A stretch of 37,334 nucleotides of DNA. It comes from an uncultured Acidobacteriota bacterium. Lineage in GTDB: Bacteria; Acidobacteriota; Thermoanaerobaculia; UBA5066; DATFVB01. Below are positions 20,029 through 30,761 of the stretch, in pieces; position 1 is the first letter of the stretch; each line of letters begins with the position of its first letter. Under the pieces are notes generated by a model. The model saw only the letters and a program-made list of their open reading frames with translations, did no database searches and was not told the DNA's origin. A program made the translations under genes and the position numbers. The stretch is taken from the NCBI GenBank assembly GCA_963813155.1, contig CAWEYG010000019.1, positions 1 through 37,334 of the forward strand, written 5' to 3'.

Positions 20029-21417
20029 GTGACGCCGGAAAACCTCTATTTTGTCGCTGTCGGAGGCACGGCGATGGCTCCGCTGGCGGTTCTCCTGGCC
20101 GGCCGGGGACACCGGGTCACCGGCTCCGATGCGGCCCTCTATCCCCCGATGTCCAACCTGCTGGAAGGCTCGGGCGTGGGCGTGCTCGCCGGTTTCCGGA
20201 GCGAGAACGTGCCTCGGTCCTGCGATCGGGTCGTGATCGGCAACGCGGTGCCGCGCGGAAATCCCGAGGTGGCGCGGGTGCTCGAGCTCGGCCTCCCGTA
20301 CTTCTCGCTTCCGCAGGCGGTGAGTCACTACCTGCTCGAGGGGAAGCATTCCGTCGTCGTGACGGGAACGCACGGAAAGACGACGACATCGGCGCTCCTC
20401 GCGTGGCTGCTGACCGCCGCGGAGCTCGATCCCGGTTTCCTGATCGGCGGCGAGCTCAAGAACTTCGGCCGCGGATTTCGCGACGGCGCCGGCCCGCACT
20501 TTCTCCTCGAAGGCGACGAGTACAACGCGGCGTTCTTCGATCGCGGCCCGAAGTTCCTCCACTACCGGCCCCGCACGCTGCTCATCAACAACATCGAGTT
20601 CGATCATTCCGACCTGTACGCGGATCTCGAATCGATTCGCGGCGCGTTTCGCCGGCTCGTCGCGCTCGTCCCGCCGGACGGGACGATCCTCGCGAACCTC
20701 GAAGACGCGAGCGTCGCGGCGGTGCTCGACGGCGCGGCGGCGCGGGTCGTGGGCGTCGGTCTCGGGCCGGGAGACGTCACCGCGGAAGACGTCTCCGTCG
20801 GCGAAGGAGGAACGTCGTTCACCCTGGCCCAGCGGGGAGCGCCCGCGCTTCGGCTGGAGCTGCCGCTCTTCGGGAGCCACAACCTTCGAAACGCGCTGAT
20901 GGCCCTCGCGGCGGCCCGCGCGCTCGGCGTCCCGGACGAGAGCCTGTCGTCCTCGCTGCCGCGGTTTTCCGGCGTGAAGCGCCGCCTGGAAGTTCTCGGC
21001 GAGAAGGCCGGAGTGCTCTACGTCGACGACTTCGCGCACCATCCGACGGCCGTGTACGAGACGCTTTCCGCGGCCCGAAAGCGATGGCCGAATCGGCGAA
21101 TCTGGGGCGTCTTCGAGCCGCGGTCGATCACCGCGGGGAGAAGCTTCTTCCAGTCGGAGTACGAGCGCGCGTTCCAGCCCGCCGACTCGGTCGTGCTCGC
21201 TCCCGTGTTTCACGCGGGCCGGTTTCCGCCGGAAGAGCTGATCGACCGCGAGAAAATCGTGCGAACGATCGCGAGCGGCGGCCGGGCCGCCTATTCGCCC
21301 GAACGAATCGAAGAGATCGAACCGCTCCTCGAGCGCGAGGCCCGCAGCGGCGACGTCGTGATCCTCATGTCCTCGGGCGACTTCGCGGGCCTGCGCGGGC
21401 GGGTCTCTCTCCCGTAA
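20029..21417 (+). CDS. mpl: Murein tripeptide ligase Mpl (MurC family)
   Basis: VGGTAM, GTHGKTTT, EGDEYNAAFFDRGPKFLHY, NIEFDH, GVKRRLE, DDFAHHPTA, FEPRS, MSSGDF. Confidence 0.88.
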   Translation: MTPENLYFVAVGGTAMAPLAVLLAGRGHRVTGSDAALYPPMSNLLEGSGVGVLAGFRSENVPRSCDRVVIGNAVPRGNPEVARVLELGLPYFSLPQAVSHYLLEGKHSVVVTGTHGKTTTSALLAWLLTAAELDPGFLIGGELKNFGRGFRDGAGPHFLLEGDEYNAAFFDRGPKFLHYRPRTLLINNIEFDHSDLYADLESIRGAFRRLVALVPPDGTILANLEDASVAAVLDGAAARVVGVGLGPGDVTAEDVSVGEGGTSFTLAQRGAPALRLELPLFGSHNLRNALMALAAARALGVPDESLSSSLPRFSGVKRRLEVLGEKAGVLYVDDFAHHPTAVYETLSAARKRWPNRRIWGVFEPRSITAGRSFFQSEYERAFQPADSVVLAPVFHAGRFPPEELIDREKIVRTIASGGRAAYSPERIEEIEPLLEREARSGDVVILMSSGDFAGLRGRVSLP

Positions 21418-21427
21418 ATCCGTCTCG

Positions 21428-22582
21428 TCACTCGTCGCGGAACGGGCGCGCTTCCGCGGCGGGCGAAGGCGCGCTCGCGTTGCCGCTCTTGTCGACGGAT
21501 CGCACCCGGTAGCTGTACGCCTTTCCAACCTCGACGGCGGAATCGACGAAGCTCGTTTCCGTCAGCAGCTTGTCGTTGAGCCGCTTTTCCGGACCGCCGT
21601 CTTCGGACCGAAACAGCTCGTACCCCGCGAGGTCCGGCGCCTCGACCGCAGTCCAGTGCAGCCTCACGAGACTCTGCTCGGGGAGAGCGTCGAGGCGGGA
21701 GACCGCGGGAGGGGGAAACACGTCGTCGTACCGGATTCCGAACTGGATCGCCGGAGGGCCTTCCGACGCCGGATGATCCTTCGGGACGGCCGTGACGGTA
21801 TAGACGTAGACGGAGCCGTACGCGGCAGACGTGTCCGCGTAGTCGGTCGCGCTGGCCGGTTCGGAGCCGAGCGCCGGCCCGTAGTCGTCTTCTTCCAGCC
21901 GCCTCCGGTAGATTTTGTATTCGGCGACTTCCACCGGGCCGGGCGGGGGCTGCCACGAAAGGCAGATGCGGTTCTCTTCGGCGGTCGCGAGGAGGCCTTC
22001 CGGAGCCGCGGGCGGCCGCACGGGCTTGATCGTCGCGACGTTGGAGATCTCGCTTCGAAGGCCGTTGCGGCGGACCGTGACGACCGCGTAGCCGAGCTCG
22101 GCAGTTGCCCGTTCGCTCTTCAGGATGTCCGCGAGCGAGTCGTGGTACAGAAACTGGCTTCCCCGCGTGGCGGACGGAAACAGGTCGGAGCGGATCTCCG
22201 CGACTTTCGTCGCGGACTCGAAGAACGAGCGTTCCTGCATCCTCGCCGCCTGGGCCCGGCGCCGTTGGCCGGAGATCGGCGCGCGGTCGGCCGACGGCCC
22301 GGATTTCCCTTTCGCCGCGGACGGAGGCGGCGCGGTCAGCGAAGCGCCCGGGCCCGCGATTCGATAGATTTCGACGGCGTCGAGGTCCGTGAGGGGAGCG
22401 CCGTCCATTCTCTGCGACGGGAAGGAGAACGTGACCTCCGCCGTCTCGCCCTGCTGTTCGACTTTGAGATCGGTCGTTCGCGCCGGCAGGGGAGGCACGG
22501 GAGGAAGCGGCTCGCTCTTCTTTCCGCACGCGACGGCCGCGAGCGGCACAAGGAGAATCCGGAGGAGCCTCTTCACCTGCAT
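21428..22582 (-). CDS. Lipoprotein with fibronectin type III repeats
   Basis: AVACGKK..PLPP lipobox; LSW..P, YKIYR, YVYTV, YSYRVRSVDKSGNAS FN3 patterns. Confidence 0.85.
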   Translation of the reverse strand: MQVKRLLRILLVPLAAVACGKKSEPLPPVPPLPARTTDLKVEQQGETAEVTFSFPSQRMDGAPLTDLDAVEIYRIAGPGASLTAPPPSAAKGKSGPSADRAPISGQRRRAQAARMQERSFFESATKVAEIRSDLFPSATRGSQFLYHDSLADILKSERATAELGYAVVTVRRNGLRSEISNVATIKPVRPPAAPEGLLATAEENRICLSWQPPPGPVEVAEYKIYRRRLEEDDYGPALGSEPASATDYADTSAAYGSVYVYTVTAVPKDHPASEGPPAIQFGIRYDDVFPPPAVSRLDALPEQSLVRLHWTAVEAPDLAGYELFRSEDGGPEKRLNDKLLTETSFVDSAVEVGKAYSYRVRSVDKSGNASAPSPAAEARPFRDE

Positions 22583-22693
22583 CGCGCGCAGAGAACGATA
22601 GCACGCGAGTACGGGTCGTCTCTCCCCGCGGGAGAGGCCGCGGCTCGGATCGAGCGAAGCCCATCCAAACGTTTCTGGTAAGCTCCGCCCGCT

Positions 22694-23311
22694 TTGATCG
22701 GAAAACTCATCGCGCTCGTCTCGCAGTTCGTCCTGACGACGATTCAGGCCGGCGGCTACGCGGGCGTGGCCGGGCTCATGGCGATCGAGTCCGCGTGCAT
22801 CCCGCTTCCGTCCGAGCTCATCATGCCGTTCGCCGGCTTTCTCGCCTCGCAGGGGCGGTTCAGCCTGTGGGCGCTCGGCCTCTTCGGCGCTCTCGGGTGC
22901 GTCATCGGTTCGATCCCGGCCTACTACCTCGGGCTCTACGGCGGCCGGCCGCTGATCGAGAAGTACGGCAAGTGGGTCCTGCTCTCGCACCACGACCTCG
23001 ACCTCGCGGACCGGCTCTTCCAGAAGCACGGCGAACCCGTCGTCTTCTTCGCGCGACTGCTGCCGGTCGTGCGGACGTTCATCGCGTTTCCGGCCGGCGT
23101 TTCGAAGATGAACATGCGCCGCTTCGTGATCTACACGTTCGTCGGGTCTTTCCCCTGGTGCCTGGGCCTCGCGTTCCTCGGGATGAAGCTCGGCGAGCAC
23201 TGGGAGGCGCTCGGAAAGTATTTCCACCGCTTCGACGAGGCGATCGGAGCGCTGATTGTCGTCGCGATCGTTCTCTACGTCTGGCGGCACCTGCGGCAGC
23301 ACCGCGCCTGA
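22694..23311 (+). CDS. dedA: DedA family membrane protein
   Basis: ESACIPLPSELIMPFAG, YGGRP, RLLPVVRTFIAFPAG. Confidence 0.93.
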   Translation: MIGKLIALVSQFVLTTIQAGGYAGVAGLMAIESACIPLPSELIMPFAGFLASQGRFSLWALGLFGALGCVIGSIPAYYLGLYGGRPLIEKYGKWVLLSHHDLDLADRLFQKHGEPVVFFARLLPVVRTFIAFPAGVSKMNMRRFVIYTFVGSFPWCLGLAFLGMKLGEHWEALGKYFHRFDEAIGALIVVAIVLYVWRHLRQHRA

Positions 23312-23342
23312 CCGCTTCGACCCTGTCGGATAAACTCGCCGC

Positions 23343-25937
23343 GTGGATCGCAAGCCTTCCGATCGCCCTCTCCTCTATCTCGTCGACGGCTCCAACGCGC
23401 TCCACCGCGCGTACCACGCGATCCGGTCGCTTTCGAACTCGAAGGGGTTTCCGACGAACGCGATCTACGGGTTCGCGGCGATCCTCCGCAAGCTCGTGCG
23501 CGAGCACAAGCCGACGCACGTGGGAATCGCGTTCGACATTTCCGAATCGGCCGCGCGGAAAGAGGCGTACGCCGAGTACAAGGCCCACCGCAAGCCGATG
23601 GAAGACGACCTCCGCGTGCAGATTCCCTTCATCAAGAAGCTGTGCGAGGCGTACCGGATGCCCGTCCTGGAGCTCGACAAGTTCGAGGCGGACGACGTCA
23701 TCGCGACGCTCGCGGCGAAGGCGGTCGATCAGGGGTTCGAAGTCGTCGTCTTCACGACGGACAAGGATTTCCTGCAGCTCGTCGGGCCGCACATCCGCGT
23801 CTACCACGCGATGCGCGAGCTCATGCTCGACGAAAAAGGGGTCGAAGAATTCTTCGGCGTTCCGCCGGGAAAGGTCCGGGACGTTCTCGCCCTGATGGGC
23901 GACGCGTCCGACAACGTGCCGGGCGTTCCCGGCATCGGAGAAGTCGGCGCGCGCAAGCTCGTTCAGGAATACGGATCGCTCGACGCGATTCTCGAGCACG
24001 CCGGCGAGGTCTCCGCGAAAAAGACGCGCGAGGCGCTCCTCGCGAACTCGCAGCAGGCGCTGCTGTCGCTGAGCCTCGTCACGCTCGAGACTCAACTTTC
24101 GATCGATCTCGATCCGGAAGGGCTGCGGCTGGATCCCCCGGACGACGAAAAGCTCCGCGCGCTGTACTCGGAGCTCGAGTTCCACTCTCTCGCCGCCGAG
24201 CTCGAATCGCCGGCGCAAGAGGAGGTCGTCGCGTTCCGGGAGCTCTCCGCGGGAGAGGCATTCTCCCCGCGGTCCGCGCCGATCGCGATCGCCGTCTTTC
24301 CCCGGGAAACGAACGCGCTGTTCGCGATTTCGGACGGATCGGAGACCGTCGTCGGCGGCGAGAGCGAGGCGCAGCTCGCGAAGAGGCTCGCGGAGCTTCG
24401 CGGCCGGGGACCCTGGATTTCCGCCGACTCGAAGGCGCTCCACGCCCTGCTCATCCGGGCGGGGGTCGAGGGCGCGCCCGCGATCTTCGACCCGTGCCTC
24501 GAGCGCTACGTGCTCGCCTCGGGCACGTCGAACACGGACTTCGCCGCGGTCGCGCTCGACGTCCTGAGGCGCAAGGCGACGACGGATAAGGAAAGCGGAA
24601 TCGCCTCCGAGGGGCTCCTCACTCCCGGCCGGTACTGCGCCGAGCGGGCGTCCTGGGTGCTCGAGGCGCACGAAGTGCTGTGGAAAGAGCTCGAAGCGAA
24701 ACCGAACCTCAAGAAAGTGTACAAGGAGATCGAAGCGCCTCTGACGCCGGTGCTCGCCCGCATGGAAGCCGCGGGGATCCTCATCGACGTCGGGTTCATC
24801 CGGGAGCTCTCCGGCAGGATGGAAAAGGATCTCCAGCGGCTGGAAGCGGGGATCTTTTCCGAGGCGGGTGAGTCGTTCAACATCGCCTCGCCGCCGCAGC
24901 TCGCGAAGATCCTCTTCGAAAAGCTGAAGCTTCCGGCCGGCAAGAAGACGGCCAAGACGAAGTCTTTCTCGACGGGCGTCGAGACGCTGCAGGCGCTTGC
25001 CGCGCAGGGATACCCCATCGCGACGCTGCTCATGGAACACCGGGAGGTCTCCAAGCTCAAGGGGACGTATGCCGACGCCCTGCCCGAGCTCGCGAGCTCG
25101 AGCGGCCGCATCCACGCCCGGTTCAACCAGATGGTCGCGGCGACGGGGCGGCTGTCGTCTTCGGATCCCAACCTGCAGAACATTCCGATCCGCACCGAGG
25201 CGGGCCGCCAGATCCGCCGTGGCTTCGTCGCGCCGCCAGGCTCGTCGCTGCTCGCGGCCGACTACTCGCAGATCGAGCTGCGGATCCTCGCGCATTTTTC
25301 CGACGACGAGGCGATGGTCCGCGCCTTCCAGGAAGGGCAGGACGTTCATTCCGCCACGGCCGCAAAGGTCTTTCACGTGTCGCCGGATCTCGTTTCGCTC
25401 GAGATGCGGATCGCGGCCAAGAGAATCAATTTCGGGCTGCTCTACGGCATGGGGGCTTTCTCGCTGGCGAAGGACCTCGGCGTTTCCAACTCCCAGGCGA
25501 AAGAGTTCATCGAGGAATACTTCGGCCAGTTCCCGGGAGTGCGCGCGGCCCTTTCCGGCGTCGTCGAGGGAGCCCGCCGAAACGGGTTCGTCACGACCCT
25601 GTTCGGCCGGGAGAGGCCGATCCCCGAGATCCATTCGAACAACGCCGGCGTCCGCGCGAACGCGGAGCGCATGGCCCAGAACGCGCCGTTCCAGGGCTCG
25701 GCGGCCGACATCGTGAAAATCGCCATGATCCGGCTCGACGACCGGCTGCGCCGGGAGGGGATTCCCGCGAAAATGCTCCTTCAGGTGCACGACGAGCTGC
25801 TGTTCGAGATCCCCGACGGCGAGCTCGAAGCCGCCCGGGAGGCCGTCGTCGCGGAGATGGAGGGGGCGGCCTCGCTGTCGGTCCCGCTCAAGGTCGACGT
25901 CGGCGTCGGGAAGAACTGGCTGGAGGCGAAAGGGTAG
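23343..25937 (+). CDS. polA: DNA polymerase I
   Basis: 5'-3' exonuclease (VDGS, EADDVI, GDASDNVPGVPGIG) and polymerase motifs (TGRLSSSDPNLQNIP, DYSQIELR, NFGLLYG, QGSAAD, QVHDEL). Confidence 0.98.
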   Translation: MDRKPSDRPLLYLVDGSNALHRAYHAIRSLSNSKGFPTNAIYGFAAILRKLVREHKPTHVGIAFDISESAARKEAYAEYKAHRKPMEDDLRVQIPFIKKLCEAYRMPVLELDKFEADDVIATLAAKAVDQGFEVVVFTTDKDFLQLVGPHIRVYHAMRELMLDEKGVEEFFGVPPGKVRDVLALMGDASDNVPGVPGIGEVGARKLVQEYGSLDAILEHAGEVSAKKTREALLANSQQALLSLSLVTLETQLSIDLDPEGLRLDPPDDEKLRALYSELEFHSLAAELESPAQEEVVAFRELSAGEAFSPRSAPIAIAVFPRETNALFAISDGSETVVGGESEAQLAKRLAELRGRGPWISADSKALHALLIRAGVEGAPAIFDPCLERYVLASGTSNTDFAAVALDVLRRKATTDKESGIASEGLLTPGRYCAERASWVLEAHEVLWKELEAKPNLKKVYKEIEAPLTPVLARMEAAGILIDVGFIRELSGRMEKDLQRLEAGIFSEAGESFNIASPPQLAKILFEKLKLPAGKKTAKTKSFSTGVETLQALAAQGYPIATLLMEHREVSKLKGTYADALPELASSSGRIHARFNQMVAATGRLSSSDPNLQNIPIRTEAGRQIRRGFVAPPGSSLLAADYSQIELRILAHFSDDEAMVRAFQEGQDVHSATAAKVFHVSPDLVSLEMRIAAKRINFGLLYGMGAFSLAKDLGVSNSQAKEFIEEYFGQFPGVRAALSGVVEGARRNGFVTTLFGRERPIPEIHSNNAGVRANAERMAQNAPFQGSAADIVKIAMIRLDDRLRREGIPAKMLLQVHDELLFEIPDGELEAAREAVVAEMEGAASLSVPLKVDVGVGKNWLEAKG

Positions 25938-25981
25938 AGGGGTTCCACGGGGCGGTTCGCGTGCTAACATCCGGTTGAAAA

Positions 25982-26843
25982 ATGAAAAACGCGCTGCGGA
26001 CGGCTCTGATCCTCACGGCCTTTCCGGGGCTCCTGCTCGCCCAGACGCCCGAACCGCCGGCTGCCGCCGGCGATCCCGTGCGGCCGGTCGTCATGGCGAT
26101 GCCGGACAGGAACCCTTTCGCGTGCGACGCCGACACCGGCGCGGCGATCGTGACCCGCGAGCTGCCCTCCGGAATCGAAGCGGCGATCGCGGAATTCGTC
26201 TCGTTCCGCCTCGACCGGACGGGAAAGATCGAAGACGTCCTGCTCGTTCACGACCCGCTTCCCTCGCTCGAGGCCCAGCAGAGGGAGTCCTTCAAGAAAT
26301 GGGAGTTCCTTCCGCCCAAGAAGACGAGCGTCGAAGTCTCGGGCTGGTCGACCGTGCGCCTCGACCTCAAGGTCGAATACGCCCGGCCCCAGGTCACGCG
26401 GGCGGAGTTCCTGCCGGTTGCGGCGACGACTCCGGTTCCGGCCGTCGCTGCCCACGCGGTGGGACGAAGGCTGGATCGAGACGGCGCCGCCCGTCGCCGA
26501 TCTTCACGGCGCCGAAAAAGTCGAGTCGCTCGACACGGCGCCGCTGCCGAAGCGCACGAAGTGGTACGCGGACCGGTTCAAGGGACCGTTCCAGGCGAAG
26601 CTGTGGATCGAGGTCTCTCCCGCGGGAAAGGCGACCCGGATCGTGCCGGTGGAAATGAAGGATGCCGCGCTTCTCGGCTATTTCAAGGGAGCGATCGCGC
26701 GGTGGACCTTCACTCCCGCCCGGAAAGCGGGCCAGGCGATCTCGTGCTGGGGCATGCTCGATCTGGCGGGGACGATTTCCTACGACGTCTCTCTCGTGCG
26801 CTCGGCTTCGATCAAGAAATCCGCCGGCCTGGCGCAGCGGTAA
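25982..26843 (+). CDS. Secreted protein with two TonB C-terminal-like domains, indel near 26420-26450
   Basis: Signal peptide; LDRTGKI...KWEFLP and VSPAGK...RWTFTPARKAGQ, both matching the TonB_C pattern. Confidence 0.65.
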
Positions 26844-26897
26844 TCGCGCTGCCGTACTGGCCTATAATTTGCTCCCCGAACGGGGGAGGGGGCTGAG

Positions 26898-27968
26898 ATG
26901 TCCACCACGGTTTCCGGCAACCGGGGAGAGAGCCCGTGGCTCCGGAGCCGCGGCTTCGACCTCGGCTTTCTGACGCTGTCGGCGGCGCTCGTGTTCTTCC
27001 CCTACGCCGGGTACGGGCTTCTTCAGAGGGCGGGGATTTCGGTCGCGACGGCCTCGCTCGTGGTGGGGCTCTCGGTGACGGTCCTCGTCGGCGGCCCGCA
27101 CATGTACTCCACGTATCTTCGAACGGCGCTGGAGCCGACGTTCCGGCATCGCTTCGGATGGCTCGCGTACCTGCCGCTCGTCCTGATCCCGACGCTCGTC
27201 ATCCTCGGGTCCGTGTACGCGTTTCCCGTGCTGCTGACGGCGTTTTTCTTCTGGGCCTCGATCCACGTGACGCACCAGGCGCAGTTCATCTCGGAGGCCT
27301 ACCGGCGCAAGACGCAGCCGGTCTCGCGGATGGACCGCCTGCTCGACGGGGCGGTCATCCTCGGCTCGCTCTACACGATGGCGATGTTCAAGTTCGTCCG
27401 CGGCGAATTCGTGATCGGCTCGCAGCCGCTGCTGTTTCCGCGTTTCCTTCGCCACGACTGGGTGTCGTACGCCTTCGCGGCCGGGTTCGCGGCGCTTCTG
27501 ACGTTCTACGCGGGGCGCACGATCGCGGAGATCCGCTCCGGCGTGGCGCGCTGGCCGAGGGTCCTCTTCATGGCGCTCACGATCGGAATGGCGTTCATCG
27601 TGCCGCTGTTCGACAACCTCGACGTCTCGTTCCAGGGATTCAACACGTGGCACTCGCTGCAGTACCTCGCGTTGACGTGGTTCATCCTGGACCAGCGAGC
27701 CTCCCGGGAGCAGATCGGCTCGGACTTCGTGAAGAAGATTTCAGGGAAGGCGAAGACCGCCCGCTACTACCTCGCGATGATCGGCTTCACGCTGTCCGCC
27801 GGGGTCATCTACCTGTTTCTGTGGAAGGGCCTCGGCTTTCCCCAGGACCAGTGCTACTACGTCGTCGTGCTGTCGTTCCTGCTGATCCACTATTTTTACG
27901 ACCACATCCTGTTCGGGGATTTCGAGTCGCTGCCGGCCGACTCGCCGCGCCGATTCGCCAGGGCGTAG
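26898..27968 (+). CDS. Polytopic membrane protein with four His-containing motifs
   Basis: About 9-10 hydrophobic segments; GPHMYSTY, IHVTHQ, WHSLQY, IHYFYDH. TATAAT at 26863-26868 upstream. Confidence 0.85.
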   Translation: MSTTVSGNRGESPWLRSRGFDLGFLTLSAALVFFPYAGYGLLQRAGISVATASLVVGLSVTVLVGGPHMYSTYLRTALEPTFRHRFGWLAYLPLVLIPTLVILGSVYAFPVLLTAFFFWASIHVTHQAQFISEAYRRKTQPVSRMDRLLDGAVILGSLYTMAMFKFVRGEFVIGSQPLLFPRFLRHDWVSYAFAAGFAALLTFYAGRTIAEIRSGVARWPRVLFMALTIGMAFIVPLFDNLDVSFQGFNTWHSLQYLALTWFILDQRASREQIGSDFVKKISGKAKTARYYLAMIGFTLSAGVIYLFLWKGLGFPQDQCYYVVVLSFLLIHYFYDHILFGDFESLPADSPRRFARA

Positions 27969-27981
27969 AAGCTCGTTTCAC

Positions 27982-28028
27982 GCCTCTCCCCTTGTGGGAG
28001 AGGCCGACGCGAAGCGGCGGGTGAGGGG
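27982..28028. repeat. BoxC/RIME-like intergenic palindromic repeat between convergent genes
   Basis: GCCTCTCCC-CTTGT-GGGAGAGGC hairpin followed by ...GGGTGAGGGG. Partial copy CTCTCCCCGCGGGAGAGGCCG at 22620-22640. Confidence 0.6.
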
Positions 28029-28032
28029 TAGC

Positions 28033-29310
28033 TCAGACGATCGAGTCTTCCAGCGAAACCCCGAACAAACCCGAGATCATCTTCGGCTCGAAGAGCGTCG
28101 ATTTCTGCGGCAGCACGTCGCCCGCGGCGACGACTTCCTGCACGCTCGCGATCGGGGTCGGGCGCAGCAGCACGGCCATCTGGGCTTCGCCGGATCTTCG
28201 CCAGCTCGAGCGCCGCGCTCTCGTCTTTGGGAAACGACACGAACTCGCCCCGCTCGATCTGCCCGGGGTCGATGCCCAGCACGGCCCGAAAGAAGGCGAC
28301 CTCCAATGCGGCAGGGTCCAGTCGGCGCCACGCCGCGCCCTTCTCCGGCGGCCACGGAAGATTCGCCGCGTCGGGCCGAAGCCGAAGGAGCGTCGGCGCT
28401 GCTCCGTTCGGGACGACGAGAAATCCGGTTTCGCCGCGGGGAAGCTGCTCGAGGGCGCGCCGTGCGTCCTGCGCCGAGGGAAACTCCGTCGCGTCGAAAA
28501 ACGCGGCGGCCTTCTTCATCGACTCCGCGAAAGAGAAAGTCCGGCAGACCCGAGACCGCGCGCGGAATCGCGAACGCCTCGAGGCCCGGCGACGCGACGT
28601 CCACGATCGCGCAGAGCTTGAACGCGGCCGTCGGCAGCTTCTCGGCTTCCGGCAATTGGGAAAACTTCAGGGCCGTCTCGTAGCGGTGGTGGCCGTCCGC
28701 GATCAGCGAGCCGGCCGTCGAGAGGAGCCGCTGGAATCGAACGTGGTCCGCGGGGTCTTCGACGCGCCAGGCGTCGTGGCGGTAGCCCGCGAGGTCGCGG
28801 CAGGAGAGCTCGGGCGCGCGGCGCGTCTGGAGGGCGTCTTCCAGCGGAGCGCGCGACAGCAGGAAGACCATCCCGAAGTCGGCGTGCGAGGCGCGCAGGA
28901 GATTGAGCCGGTCCTCCTTCGCCTTCGCGAGCGTGCGCTCGTGGGGGCGGATCGATCCGCCTTCGTACGGCTCCACGCGAACGAGCCCGACGAGCGATCG
29001 CCGCGCCTTGACGTTCCCGTCCCGGCCCGGAAACACGACCTGGTGGATCCAGCAGAGCGGCGGAGCGCTCGTGGTAAATCACGCCGTCGGCGAGCCAGTC
29101 CTTCAGCTGCTGGGCCGCCTCGGCATAGACGTCGCCGCCGTCGTCTTTCCGCGCGTCGAAACGCACGATGTTCTCCGGCGACCGGGCGTAGAGCTCCTCG
29201 CGGATCTTCGGCGTCACCCGGTCGTACGGCGGCGCCACGAGATTGTCGAGCCCGCGCTCCTCGATGATGGCCGGGCTGTACCGCAGGGCGCGAAACGGAT
29301 GCAGTTCCAT
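28033..29310 (-). CDS. DUF1015 family protein (ParB/Srx-like fold), several indels
   Basis: [43 protein letters not shown]. Confidence 0.88.
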
Positions 29311-29989
29311 CAGATCTTCGCTTCCATAGATCTTCACTCCCATCGCCAGTCCTTCCACGGTCGGCAGGAACGTCGCGACGAACTCTCCGCCGCCCGCGAG
29401 CTCGCGGTTGAAGAGGTCGAGCGCCTCGACCGATTCCGCGCTCCAGTTCGCGTCCGTTCCGAAGGCCGCGCGAAAAACGTTGTCCGCCAGGATCACGCCG
29501 CCCCGCCGCAGGTTCGCCGTCGACCATCGGAGGTAGTCGGGATACCCGATCTTGTCCGCGTCGATGAAAACGAGGTCGAACGGCCCGTGCTTTTCGATCG
29601 ACGGCAGGTTCTCGACCGCCCGGCCGACGTGGACGTGAACGAGCTTCTCGACGCTCGCCCGCGCAAAGGATTCCGTCGCGACCTTCGCGTGCTTCGGATC
29701 GAATTCGAACGTGTCGAGCCGCCCGCCGTGGGGGAGAGCCCGGGCGAGGCAGACGCCGGAGTAGCCCGCGAGCGTGCCGATTTCGACGATCTTCTTCGCG
29801 CCGGCGGCGAGCGCGATCGCGGTCGAGGTGGCGTCCGTCGAGGCGCGCGACCGCGATTTCGGGAAGGCCTTCCCGCGAGGCTCGCTGGCGGATCTCGGCG
29901 AGCACGGCGTCTTCCGGCCCGAAGAGAGAATCGAGGTAGCCCGCGACCGCCGGGTCGCTCTGGCCTATGCCGGCCGGGTCGTTTCCCAT
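29310..29989 (-). CDS. Class I SAM-dependent O-methyltransferase (COMT/CCoAOMT-like), indel near 29825
   Basis: [36 protein letters not shown]. Confidence 0.88.
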
Positions 29990-30761
29990 CCGGGTCTCCT
30001 GAAAAAGTTCTTCTCCGGGATCTTCAGGGGCGCGAGGATCGGCCCGAGGACGCGCCACTGGGCGTCGAAGATGTCTTCGAGGCCTCGCGAAGCGAGAGAG
30101 CATCTCGTCGAGCTCCGGCTTGGAGAAAGGTTCCTGCTCCGCCGTCGTCTGGACTTCCACGAACTTGCCGGATGCCGTGCCGACGATGTTGGAATCGACC
30201 TGGGCCGTGGAGTCCTCCTCGTAGCAAAGGTCGAGCAGCGCCGTTCCGTTGCCGCGCCCGACGGAGACCGCGGCGAGCGTTTCGCGCATCGGCCAGTTCC
30301 GGAAGAAGTGGTTTCCCGCGACTTTCGCGAACGCGAGCGCCAGCGCGACGCAGGCCCCGCTGATCGCCGCGCACCGCGTGCCGCCGTCCGCCTGAAGGAC
30401 GTCGCAATCCAGAGTGAAGGTCCTCTCGCCAAAAGCCTTCAGGTCGACGACGCTTCGCAGGGCCCGGCCGATGAGACGCTGGATCTCCAGGGTACGGCCG
30501 CCCTTGCTTTCCGCGCGCGGCTTCGCGTGCGGAGCGGGTGTGGGTGGAGCGGGGGAGCATGCCGTATTCCGCCGTCACCCAGCCGGTCCCGGAATTCTTC
30601 AGGAACGGGGGGACCCTGTCCTCGATCGAAGCCGTGCACAGGACCTTCGTTTCTCCCTGGGTGATCAGCGCGGATCCCTCCGCGTAGCGGGACACTCCCG
30701 TCTCGATCGAGATTGGCCGCAGGTCCGCCGGCCCGCGGCCGTCGATCCGCGAGCCGCTCAA
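29965..30761 (-). CDS. rph: Ribonuclease PH, with indels
   Basis: [53 protein letters not shown]. Confidence 0.93.

Noticed and set aside
29305-29335. Apparent in-frame O-methyltransferase-DUF1015 fusion (ORF 28516..29496)
   Set aside because: The junction contains a near-tandem duplication (TTCCATCAGATCTTC / TTCCAT-AGATCTTC). Removing one copy gives a normal TGATG stop-start overlap, so this is probably an artefact.
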